In this document: one piece after another, positions 1 through 7,515 of the stretch | Position numbering within the stretch: position 1 is the first letter of the stretch | Layout: each line of letters opens with the position of its first letter | DNA from: an uncultured Nitrospirales bacterium | GTDB taxonomy: Bacteria; Hydrogenedentota; Hydrogenedentia; Hydrogenedentales; JAGMZX01 | Assembly (NCBI GenBank): GCA_964390765.1 | Contig: CAYMLC010000004.1 | Location: forward strand, 1 to 27,892 | Direction of reading: 5' to 3' | DNA: 27,892 nt | The notes under the pieces: model-generated | The model's database searches: none | What the model saw: the letters and a program-made list of their open reading frames with translations, nothing else | What the model was told of the DNA's origin: nothing | Translations under genes and position numbers: made by a program

Positions 1-692
1 GCCTCCCAACGGCCCAGGTCCCAGGGCGCGGGGTGCGTGAAGGTCACATGGTTGTGCTCCGGGTCGTGTTCGGCAATGCGATGGGCCGACACGTTCCACG
101 CGTGAAAGACCCACACCAGCGCGCGGTCGATGTCGGGCCAGGCTTGAATGTCGTCGTTGCGGTAGCGCATCGCCAGCTTGGGCTGCTCCACCTCCTTCGC
201 CGCACGCTTGAAGTATTCCGTTTCGTTGGGGCTGCGCGCGATCGTACGGCGCTCGCCGTTTATCCAGAGCGCGCGTGGGTCAGGCGCATCTTCGGCCAGT
301 GGGTACGGCGCACGCCACAGCCCCTCGCCCGCCGAAGCCCATCCGCTCACGGGCACGCCACCACTGACCACCGGTGTCTCGCCTTCGTAGGCCCGGAAGG
401 TGACCGGAGCATCGGGCGTGCCGCTGTCTTCGGCGGTCAAGACCAGCGCCCCGTCCACGCGGTAGGTGCCACCGCGCAGGTGTACCGTGGCCGGGCCCGA
501 CAGCTCACCCGCCGCGCGCAGCGCACGCAGCCGGGCGCGGGCACCGGTGAGGGTGGCGAGGGGGCCGCTCTCGCCTTCTGCTGCGGGCGTACGGCCGTCG
601 GCGGCGTCGTCGCCATGGGGGGCCACATAGAGGTCGAGCGCGGAGCCGCTCGCGGGCAGGCAGGCGATCAGCACAGCTAGGCACAGGCGCAT
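1..692 (-). CDS. Secreted right-handed parallel beta-helix repeat protein (pectin lyase-like/GH141-like), runs off the window's left edge
   Basis: Not in the ORF track; translated by hand from ATG at 692 (AAGGGAG RBS upstream): MRLCLAVLIACLPASGSALDLYVAPHGDDAADGRTPAAEGESGPLATLTGARARLR...TVHLRGGTY...DSGTPDAPVTFRAYEGETPVVSGG. Signal peptide plus the typical 'YVAPxGDD...GPxAT...LRGGTY' N-terminus; no stop before position 1. Confidence 0.8.
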   Translation of the reverse strand, partial: MRLCLAVLIACLPASGSALDLYVAPHGDDAADGRTPAAEGESGPLATLTGARARLRALRAAGELSGPATVHLRGGTYRVDGALVLTAEDSGTPDAPVTFRAYEGETPVVSGGVPVSGWASAGEGLWRAPYPLAEDAPDPRALWINGERRTIARSPNETEYFKRAAKEVEQPKLAMRYRNDDIQAWPDIDRALVWVFHAWNVSAHRIAEHDPEHNHVTFTHPAPWDLGRWE

Positions 693-726
693 GGGGCGTC
701 TCCCTTGGTCGGTACCGGCAGGTTAA

Positions 727-765
727 CAGTGCCGGCCCCCCCAGACCACCCCGAATACGGCACTG
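727..765 (-). terminator. Stem-loop downstream of hsp20 (possible weak terminator)
   Basis: Perfect 8-bp inverted repeat CAGTGCCG(727-734)...CGGCACTG(758-765), followed on the minus strand by TTAA; large loop and poor U-tract. Confidence 0.3.
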
Positions 766-819
766 CCCCCGTTGCACACCTGCACAACGGGGGCAGCACC
801 AGGCCGATGGTGGCGCAGC

Positions 820-1200
820 TTAGTTCAGCGCCACCTCTACCTTGCGCGGTTGTGCGGCCGCTACCTTCGGCAAGGTCAGGTAGAGATAGCCGTCGGCATA
901 ACGCGCGGCAATCTGTCCCGCATCCACCTGCCGGCCCAGGCGCAGCGTCAGACGCAGCGGCTGGGTGGGGCGCTCGCGGTGCAGATAGCGCACGCCTTCT
1001 TGCGGCGCCGGGCGCTGACCGCGCACGTCGAGCACGCCATCGTGCACCTGCACCTCGATAGTGTTCGGGTCGAGCCCGGGGCCCGGACGGCTAAACTCAA
1101 AGCGGTCGTCGTACTCCTGCACATCGAAACCGGCCACGGCCGAGGTGGTGGCGGGTGCCACTGCGATACGGCGCGTGGGATAGCAAACGCATTGGTTCAT
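820..1200 (-). CDS. Small heat shock protein, Hsp20/alpha-crystallin family
   Basis: 126 aa; AAGGAG RBS; 'IEVQVHDGVLDVRGQR...YLHRER...LRLGRQVDAGQIAARYADGYLYLTLPK...PRKVEV' matches the alpha-crystallin domain and C-terminal V-x-V (IXI-like) motif. Confidence 0.9.
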   Translation of the reverse strand: MNQCVCYPTRRIAVAPATTSAVAGFDVQEYDDRFEFSRPGPGLDPNTIEVQVHDGVLDVRGQRPAPQEGVRYLHRERPTQPLRLTLRLGRQVDAGQIAARYADGYLYLTLPKVAAAQPRKVEVALN

Positions 1201-1278
1201 GTCTGGGCTCCTTCTTGTTCGTAGCGGTCTACGTTCCGTGTGGGGTTGTGGGTACGGGTCCTACTTGGCTGACCCGCT

Positions 1279-1295
1279 AATCAAGCCGTGTGCCA
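1279..1295 (-). promoter_or_regulatory. Sigma-54-like -24/-12 element upstream of hsp20 (variant -12)
   Basis: Minus strand reads TGGCAC-ACGGC-TTGATT: perfect -24 box and spacing, but GA instead of GC at -13/-12; about 80 nt upstream of the hsp20 ATG. Confidence 0.4.
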
Positions 1296-1438
1296 AACGT
1301 GCCGGGCGGCGTGCCTGCTCGCAACCTATTGCGCAGCAAATGTTTAGGCAAGGCATGCTACAAGCTGGCTCCGTGCGCATGCGTTGCGGAACAGAGCATG
1401 GCGCCAGTGCATGTTTCGCTTTGCAACGCGCGTGGCGC

Positions 1439-1467
1439 TTGCAGCGCGCGCGCCGGCGTTGTAGGCT
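1439..1467 (+). promoter_or_regulatory. Putative sigma-70-type promoter of xth
   Basis: TTGCAG-17 nt-TAGGCT, 35 nt before the GTG start. Confidence 0.45.
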
Positions 1468-1502
1468 AGCCAACGCTGCGTTGTGCGAGGAGTACCCGAC
1501 CT

Positions 1503-2267
1503 GTGCCCACCATCATTTCCTGGAACGTCAACGGCATGCGTGCCGTCCTGCAGAAAGGTTTTCTCGACTGGCTGTACGCCAGCAAGCCCGACATCGTGGG
1601 CCTGCAGGAAACGCGTGTTGAAGCCGACGAACTACCGGATGCGGCGCGCCAGCCCGAGGGCTACTACGCATTCTGGAATCCGGCGAAGAAGCGTGGTTAC
1701 GCGGGCACGGGCCTGTTGACGCGCACCGAGCCGCTGTCGGTCGAGACGCTGGGCAACCAGGCATACGACGATGAGGGCCGGCTGCAGGTGGTCACCTTTC
1801 CCGGCTTCACCGTGTTGAATGGTTACTGGCCCAACAGCCAGGCCGAACGTGCGCGGCTGCCGTACAAGTTGTCGTGGTGCCGCGCCATCACGCGGCTGGC
1901 CAACAAGCTGGTGCGCGAAGGCCGCCATGTGGTGTTGTGCGGCGACATGAACATCGCGCACACCGAGATCGACCTGGCGCGGCCCAAGGACAACCAGAAC
2001 AGTGCCGGGTTCTATATCGAAGAGCGACAGGCAATGACCCGGTTTCTCAAGCATGGCTACGTCGACACCTTCCGGCACTTTCACCCGGACGAACCCGGCC
2101 ACTATTCGTGGTGGTCGTACCGCGCGAATGCGCGGGCCAAGCACATCGGCTGGCGGATTGACTATCACCTGGTAAACGAAGCGTTGCTGCCACGTGTGCA
2201 GCGCGCCTGGATCGAGAAAGACGTTATGGGCTCGGACCATTGTCCGGTAGGAGTAGAGCTGGCATGA
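1503..2267 (+). CDS. xth: Exodeoxyribonuclease III (AP endonuclease)
   Basis: Motifs SWNVNG, LQETR, GYAGTG, NGYWPN, CGDMNIAH, YSWWSYR, GWRIDY, GSDHCP; GAGGAG RBS before GTG. Confidence 0.96.
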   Translation: MPTIISWNVNGMRAVLQKGFLDWLYASKPDIVGLQETRVEADELPDAARQPEGYYAFWNPAKKRGYAGTGLLTRTEPLSVETLGNQAYDDEGRLQVVTFPGFTVLNGYWPNSQAERARLPYKLSWCRAITRLANKLVREGRHVVLCGDMNIAHTEIDLARPKDNQNSAGFYIEERQAMTRFLKHGYVDTFRHFHPDEPGHYSWWSYRANARAKHIGWRIDYHLVNEALLPRVQRAWIEKDVMGSDHCPVGVELA

Positions 2268-2860
2268 GCCGCACTTTTCGTTCGCGTGTGACCACGGGCC
2301 AAGGCGACGACGGGCACAGCCGCTCGTTGAGTGGTTTTGTGGTGCCCAAGCACCATGCGCTGATGGATGCTACGGGCTGGGTAGACACCCTGCGGGCGCA
2401 CACCGCCGAGGCGCGGCTGATGCTCATCGCGGAACAGCCGGCGCTCTGGGAACGCCTGGACAAGGAGTTGTTCTGGTTGCTGCACTGCTATTTTCTGGTG
2501 GGCGCCGCGGTCAGCGATCCGCATGACAAGCACCCCGAGTACCGCCCGGCGGAAATCGGGCCGGAGCACCTCGAGCGGCTCGAGGCCATACAGGCCGAAC
2601 TAGAGGCCGGGCTCGAACTGCCGCGCGCGTTCATCGTGAGCGCGACGAGTCCTCTGGCCGCCAAGCTCGATACCACGGCGACCTATGCCCGCACGCTTGA
2701 GCGTGCGCTGAGCGCCCTGCGCGAGGCCGAGCCGGCCTTCCGCGCTGAGCACATTCTGCGTTTCATCAACCGGCTCAGCGATTTTCTCTACATCCTGGCG
2801 CGCCACTGCGAGGCCGGTGCGCACATGCCGGTGGACTATGGCGTGTTGAAGAGCGAGTAG
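2264..2860 (+). CDS. PduO-type ATP:cob(I)alamin adenosyltransferase family protein (divergent)
   Basis: ATG at 2264 overlaps the xth stop (ATGA) and has an AGGAG RBS; 'VTTGQGDDGHS' resembles TxTGDxGxT; C-terminal 'INRLSDFLYILAR' matches NRLSDxLFxxAR. Confidence 0.75.
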   Translation: MSRTFRSRVTTGQGDDGHSRSLSGFVVPKHHALMDATGWVDTLRAHTAEARLMLIAEQPALWERLDKELFWLLHCYFLVGAAVSDPHDKHPEYRPAEIGPEHLERLEAIQAELEAGLELPRAFIVSATSPLAAKLDTTATYARTLERALSALREAEPAFRAEHILRFINRLSDFLYILARHCEAGAHMPVDYGVLKSE

Positions 2861-2946
2861 GGCGGGCGCTGGTGCTGTACCGTGTGCCGGCTTCAACCGA
2901 ATAAGTATTTGCCCCACCCGTTATCCGTTGGCGGGAGGGCACAGCC

Positions 2947-3468
2947 ATGCGCACAGTCGAATTGCAGGTAGCGGGAGACCGCCTGTCGGCGACACTCTCC
3001 GCGGGCGGGGAGGCAACGGCGCTGCTGCGACACCTGCGTGACCAGTTCGTGAATCGCGGTTACCGCCTCGAGGAGACCACGGACACCCGGCTGGAGGTGC
3101 GCACGCCCACGCAATACAGCCAGACCAGGCAGAACCCGCTCTTGATGTTGAGCACAGCCACCGTGACCGCCGACGGCGAGTTCGTGCGCTTTCAGGGCGA
3201 GCTGGGTGGGCTGGTCTGGATGCGGCGTTTCCTCTACCTTTTTCCGGCCGGGCTGGGGCTGCTGCTCGCCGCGATATTCCTCGGGGTCGTCTACCTCACC
3301 GCTGATATGCCAGTGGGCGCGGCGCTGCTAACCCCCGTGCTGGCGCTGGGCCCGTGGGTCGTGATTGCGCCGGTCATGGTGTGCTGGCTGCGCGGGCGTG
3401 CGATGCGCAGCGTCGAAGCGTTGCTGCACAACGCGCAACTGCTGGCGCGGCAAGACGCTACCGACTAA
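2947..3468 (+). CDS. Hypothetical membrane protein (soluble N-terminal part, two C-terminal hydrophobic segments)
   Basis: GGGAGGG RBS, ATG, 173 aa; hydrophobic stretches LFPAGLGLLLAAIFLGVVYL and VGAALLTPVLALGPWVVIAPVMVCW. Confidence 0.7.
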   Translation: MRTVELQVAGDRLSATLSAGGEATALLRHLRDQFVNRGYRLEETTDTRLEVRTPTQYSQTRQNPLLMLSTATVTADGEFVRFQGELGGLVWMRRFLYLFPAGLGLLLAAIFLGVVYLTADMPVGAALLTPVLALGPWVVIAPVMVCWLRGRAMRSVEALLHNAQLLARQDATD

Positions 3469-3474
3469 GCCCCG

Positions 3475-5025
3475 CTAGAACAGCGAGCCGCCGTCGTCCG
3501 TGCGCACGCCGTAGAGTTGCGCGTTCATGTCCACGTAGCGTGCATGCGCGTGGTGGTGCGCTTCGTAGTCGGTCGGCTTCGGTGTGGGGTAGTTGCGGTT
3601 GAAGCAGGCCAGACAGAATTCATCCCGGGGCAGCCCGGTCGCCTCAATCAACCCTTCAATCGGCAGATAGGCCAGGCTGTCGGCGCCAATGTATTGCCGG
3701 ATCGCTTCCAGGTCCTTGTTCGCCGCGATCAGCTTTTCGCGATTGGGCGTGTCGATACCGTAGTGGCAACTGTCGATGATGGGCGGCGAGGCCACGCGGA
3801 AGTGGATTTCCTTCGCGCCATAGCGGCGCAGCACCTTTACGATCTTCTTCGACGTCGTGCCGCGCACCACGCTGTCATCGACCAGCACCAGCCGCTTGCC
3901 TTCGACGGCGCGCCGGGTTGGGTTCAGCTTGATCTTCACCCCGAAATCGCGGATGCCCTGGTCGGGCTCGATGAAGGTGCGCCCCACATAGTGGTTGCGG
4001 ATAAAGCCCATATCAAAGGGGATACCCGACTCGGCGGAGTAGCCGAGTGCCGCGGGATTCGACGAGTCGGGCACGGGCATAACCACGTCGGCCTCGGCCG
4101 GGCAATGGCGCGCCAGCATGCGGCCCATGTCCTTGCGCACTTCATCCACGCAGGAGCCGAAGACGTAGCTGTCGGGCCGGGCCACATAGATCAGTTCGAA
4201 GATGCACTGCTTGGGGGTGGTTGGCAGGAAGGGCTTCTGGCTGCGCAGCCCCCCGCGTGAGATGGTGACCACTTCGCCCGGTTCAATTTCGCGCACCCAT
4301 TCGGCGTCGATGATGTCGAGCGCACAGGTCTCGCTCGCGAGGACGTAGGCATCGCCCAGGCGGCCCAGCCACAAGGGGCGGAAGCCATAGGGGTCGCGCG
4401 CGGCCACCACTTCGTCGCCGTTCATGGCCAGCAGTGAATAGGCGCCGACCACACGCTCGAGCGCGGCGATGACGCATTCGGTGAAGGTCTCGCGGCGCGA
4501 GCGGCTGATGAGGTGAATGACGACCTCGCTGTCGCTGGTGGATTGGAAGATGGCGCCCAGCTCTTCCAGCTCTTCGCGCAAGGCGGCGGCATTCACGATA
4601 TTACCGTTGTGCGCGATGGCCATGGAGCCACGCGCATAGTCCACGACGAGCGGCTGCACGTTCTTGATGGTGCTGGTGCCCCACGTGCTGTAGCGCACAT
4701 GGCCGACACCGAAGTGGCCGTGTACCGAGGCCAGCTTGTGCGGCTTGAAGATGTCGGAGACGAGGCCCATGCCGCGGTGCGCGGTGAGGATGCCCTCGTC
4801 GCTGCACACAATGCCGGCCCCCTCCTGGCCGCGGTGCTGCAGCGCATACAATCCCAGATAGATCAGCTTGGCGGCTTCGGGGTTGCCATAGACGCCGAAC
4901 ACCCCACACTCATCGCGCAGGTGGTCGTCCTTGTCGCGCGTGCCGGCGCGTCGTGCGGCGGGCGGCACATAGCCGGGGGGCAGGTAGCCGGCCGGCTGGG
5001 GTCCGTTGGGGCGATGGGGCGTCAT
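3475..5025 (-). CDS. purF: Amidophosphoribosyltransferase, [4Fe-4S]/propeptide type
   Basis: CGVFG catalytic Cys, QHRGQE, GHVRYST, HNGNIVN, PRPP loop VLVDDSVVRGTT, and likely cluster cysteines CIFE, SCHYG, CLAC. Start placed at ATG 5025 (GGGAGG upstream); the track's 5523 start is an in-frame extension overlapping purC. Confidence 0.95.
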   Translation of the reverse strand: MTPHRPNGPQPAGYLPPGYVPPAARRAGTRDKDDHLRDECGVFGVYGNPEAAKLIYLGLYALQHRGQEGAGIVCSDEGILTAHRGMGLVSDIFKPHKLASVHGHFGVGHVRYSTWGTSTIKNVQPLVVDYARGSMAIAHNGNIVNAAALREELEELGAIFQSTSDSEVVIHLISRSRRETFTECVIAALERVVGAYSLLAMNGDEVVAARDPYGFRPLWLGRLGDAYVLASETCALDIIDAEWVREIEPGEVVTISRGGLRSQKPFLPTTPKQCIFELIYVARPDSYVFGSCVDEVRKDMGRMLARHCPAEADVVMPVPDSSNPAALGYSAESGIPFDMGFIRNHYVGRTFIEPDQGIRDFGVKIKLNPTRRAVEGKRLVLVDDSVVRGTTSKKIVKVLRRYGAKEIHFRVASPPIIDSCHYGIDTPNREKLIAANKDLEAIRQYIGADSLAYLPIEGLIEATGLPRDEFCLACFNRNYPTPKPTDYEAHHHAHARYVDMNAQLYGVRTDDGGSLF

Positions 5026-5029
5026 GGCG

Positions 5030-5920
5030 TCAGAGGTCCTCCCGGCCGGTGAGCTGGCGATACGCTTGCACATACTTCTCACGGGTGCGGTGCACCACGT
5101 CTTCGGGCAGCGGCGGCGCCGGATACTGCTTGTCCCAGTCCGTAGCGTCGAGCCAGTCGCGCACGAACTGTTTGTCGAAGCTGGGGGGCGACTCGCCGGG
5201 CGCGTATTGTTCGGCGGGCCAGAAGCGTGAGGAGTCGGGCGTAAAGATCTCGTCGGCCAGCACGAGTTGGCCGTCGAGCCAGCCGAATTCGAACTTGGTG
5301 TCGGCCAGCACGATACCCGCGCCCGCGGCGATGTCGCGGGCCCGTGCATACAACGCCTGGGCAATGTCGGCCAGCCGCGCGTTGGTCTCGGTCCCCACGA
5401 TTTCGCCGGCGGCCCGGGGCGAGATGTTGATGTCATGGCCCGACTCGGCCTTCGTTGCCGGCGTGTAGATTGGCTCGGGCAGCGGGTCGGCCTCGCGCAG
5501 GCCGGCGGGCAGGGGGATGCCACAAACCGTTCCGGACTGCCGGTATTCTCGCCAGCCGCTGCCTGCCAGGTAGCCGCGCACGACTACCTCGATGGGCAAC
5601 ATTTCACAGCGGTGCACCAGCATGCTGCGCCCTGCGAATTGTTCGGGCGCACTGCGGAAGGGCTCCGGAAAGTCTTCCACCGCCGCCGAGATGAGGTGGT
5701 TTGGCACGAGGTTGGCCATCTGCTCGAACCACCACAGGCTGAGTTGTGTAAGGATGACACCCTTGTCAGGAATGCCGACCGGGTTGACCACGTCGTAGGC
5801 AGAGATGCGGTCGGTCGCGACCAGCAGCAGGCGATCGCCCAGGTCGTACAGGTCGCGTACCTTCCCGCGGCGCGTTGGCGCGGTGCCCGGCGCGGCGGTT
5901 TCAAGGATAGCGGAATTCAA
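5030..5920 (-). CDS. purC: Phosphoribosylaminoimidazole-succinocarboxamide (SAICAR) synthase
   Basis: GKVRDLY, DRISAYD, EVVVRGYLAGSG, TPATKA, ADTKFEFG, LADEIFTPDSSRFW, SFDKQFVRDWL. TTG start at 5920 (AGGGG RBS) or 5926. Confidence 0.95.
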   Translation of the reverse strand: MNSAILETAAPGTAPTRRGKVRDLYDLGDRLLLVATDRISAYDVVNPVGIPDKGVILTQLSLWWFEQMANLVPNHLISAAVEDFPEPFRSAPEQFAGRSMLVHRCEMLPIEVVVRGYLAGSGWREYRQSGTVCGIPLPAGLREADPLPEPIYTPATKAESGHDINISPRAAGEIVGTETNARLADIAQALYARARDIAAGAGIVLADTKFEFGWLDGQLVLADEIFTPDSSRFWPAEQYAPGESPPSFDKQFVRDWLDATDWDKQYPAPPLPEDVVHRTREKYVQAYRQLTGREDL

Positions 5921-5956
5921 GCACAACCCCTGCGCTGTCGCGCGGCGCAGCGTGTC

Positions 5957-5984
5957 AGGTATCGTTTACCTCGTCGGGCGTCAA
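5957..5984 (-). promoter_or_regulatory. Putative purC promoter (-35 TTGACG) overlapped by inverted repeat AGGTA-N5-TACCT
   Basis: TTGACG at 5984-5979; a weak -10 lies 17 nt downstream; the palindrome at 5957-5971 covers the spacer and -10. Confidence 0.35.
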
Positions 5985-6082
5985 GCACTGGGCCGGTCCT
6001 TCCGCGGCGGGGTCCCTCGTGTGCTGGATGGAGTCTACACTAACGCCGGGCTAACAAGAAATCGGCGTCCCCGCATTTCTCG

Positions 6083-6100
6083 AAAAGCCGGATGCCGGCT
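6083..6100 (-). terminator. Rho-independent terminator after the GH4 gene
   Basis: Minus strand AGCCGG-CAT-CCGGCT followed by a T-run, 4 nt past the stop codon. Confidence 0.55.
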
Positions 6101-6103
6101 GCG

Positions 6104-7390
6104 CTAGAAGAATGTGCCCTGCAGGTGGAGCCGATTGATCTCGAGCACTTCGTCCAGCAGCGCGCGGCAGCCGTCGGCATCGGGCGTGAGCGGGTGCTCG
6201 AGCAGCGCCTGAAAGGCCGCCTCGCGGTTGCCCGTCACGGCGGCTTCGACCGTCAGCGTCTCGTAGGCCTTCACCAGCTGCATCAGTCCACGGATGCCCG
6301 GCTCGGGCGCGTGCTGCGGCAAGGGTTCGGCACCGTGCTTGCCGACCAGCGCCGAGACCTCGACCGCGGCGTCGTCGTCGAAGGTGGGTACGGCGCCGTC
6401 GTTGCGGCACACCACCACCTGGCGGCTGCGACGGTCCTGCTCGATGGCTTCGATGAGGTGGAAGGCGGCCGTCGAATAGTGCGCGCCCCCGCGCTGGCTC
6501 AGTTCTTCGGGCTTCTCGTGGCGCTCGGGGTCCTGGTACTTCTCGAAGAGGCGCTGCTCGATCTCGACCACTTCCTCCCCACGCGTCTTCTCCTTGGCCA
6601 ACAGGTTCTTCAAGACGGGCCCGGTTGCGTAGAAGTACTGCAGATAGTAATTGCAGAACATGCCCAGGCTGCGCATGGCGGCCAGCATGTCGGCGCGCAC
6701 CGCCTCGTCCGGCCATTCATCGGCGGCAACTTCGTCGAAGAAGCGTTCGAATACCGCCTGGGTGATGTCTTCGTCGCCGCGCGAGACCCGGCGTACCCAG
6801 GACAGGTGATTGAGTCCCACATAGTCCAGCTCGATGTCCGACCAACTGCCGCCGACGTGCTTCTGCACATCCATGATCATGCCGATGGGCACATTGCACA
6901 GGCCCACCGTCTTGATGCGGCTGTGGCGCAGGACGGCTTCGGTATTGATACCGGCGGGGTTCGTGAAGTTCAGCAGGTAGCCGTCGGGCGCATGCTCTTC
7001 CATCAGGTGCGCCACTTCGAGAATGCGCGGAATCGTGCGCAGCGCACAGGCGAATCCGCCGACGCCCGTGGTCTCTTGCCCCACAATCCCCCAGCGCTGG
7101 CCCAGTTTTTCATCGGCGATCCGCGCCGCCATCTGGCCCACACGAATCTGGGTGATGACGTACTTCGCACCACGCACGGCCTCGGTCAGGTCGTGCGTCT
7201 GGTGCACGGTGAACGGGTGCCCGTGGGCCGCGGCCATGCGTTCGGCCAGGCCGCCATTGATGGCCAGGCGCCCGGGGTCCAGGTCCATCAGCCAGACTTC
7301 CGTCAGCGGCACGACATCGAGCCGCTCGAACAGGCCATCCAACAATTCCGGCGTGTAGGAGCTACCGCCCCCGATCACGGCGAGTTTCAT
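6104..7390 (-). CDS. 6-phospho-beta-glucosidase, glycoside hydrolase family 4 (NAD+/Mn2+-dependent)
   Basis: MKLAVIGGGSSYTPEL, GQETTGVGG, NFTNPAG, GLCNVP, GLNHL, RGGAHYS: hallmark GH4 (LicH/CelF-like) motifs. Confidence 0.92.
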   Translation of the reverse strand: MKLAVIGGGSSYTPELLDGLFERLDVVPLTEVWLMDLDPGRLAINGGLAERMAAAHGHPFTVHQTHDLTEAVRGAKYVITQIRVGQMAARIADEKLGQRWGIVGQETTGVGGFACALRTIPRILEVAHLMEEHAPDGYLLNFTNPAGINTEAVLRHSRIKTVGLCNVPIGMIMDVQKHVGGSWSDIELDYVGLNHLSWVRRVSRGDEDITQAVFERFFDEVAADEWPDEAVRADMLAAMRSLGMFCNYYLQYFYATGPVLKNLLAKEKTRGEEVVEIEQRLFEKYQDPERHEKPEELSQRGGAHYSTAAFHLIEAIEQDRRSRQVVVCRNDGAVPTFDDDAAVEVSALVGKHGAEPLPQHAPEPGIRGLMQLVKAYETLTVEAAVTGNREAAFQALLEHPLTPDADGCRALLDEVLEINRLHLQGTFF

Positions 7391-7431
7391 GGGTTACTGC
7401 ATCTCCCGTGCGTTGCCCGTGGGCGTGTGGC

Positions 7432-7460
7432 TGGACAATACCCAAGGGAAACCGTAGTGT
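7432..7460 (+). promoter_or_regulatory. Putative sigma-70-type promoter for the TPR membrane protein gene
   Basis: TGGACA-17 nt-TAGTGT in the divergent intergenic region. Confidence 0.45.
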
Positions 7461-7515
7461 AGCATCTCGCAACAGATGGGGCAGAACCGGCCCGGAAGAC
7501 GCCAGACGACGCTGC

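Noticed and set aside
33-680. 215-aa plus-strand ORF at the window start
   Set aside because: Antisense shadow of the minus-strand beta-helix gene, which has an RBS, signal peptide and family motifs.
5026-5523. N-terminal extension of the purF ORF in the track
   Set aside because: Overlaps purC in another frame and gives low-complexity text; the real start is near 5025.
6036-6041. TACACT -10-like hexamer on the + strand in the purC/GH4 spacer
   Set aside because: No matching -35 and no plus-strand gene downstream; insufficient support for an antisense promoter.
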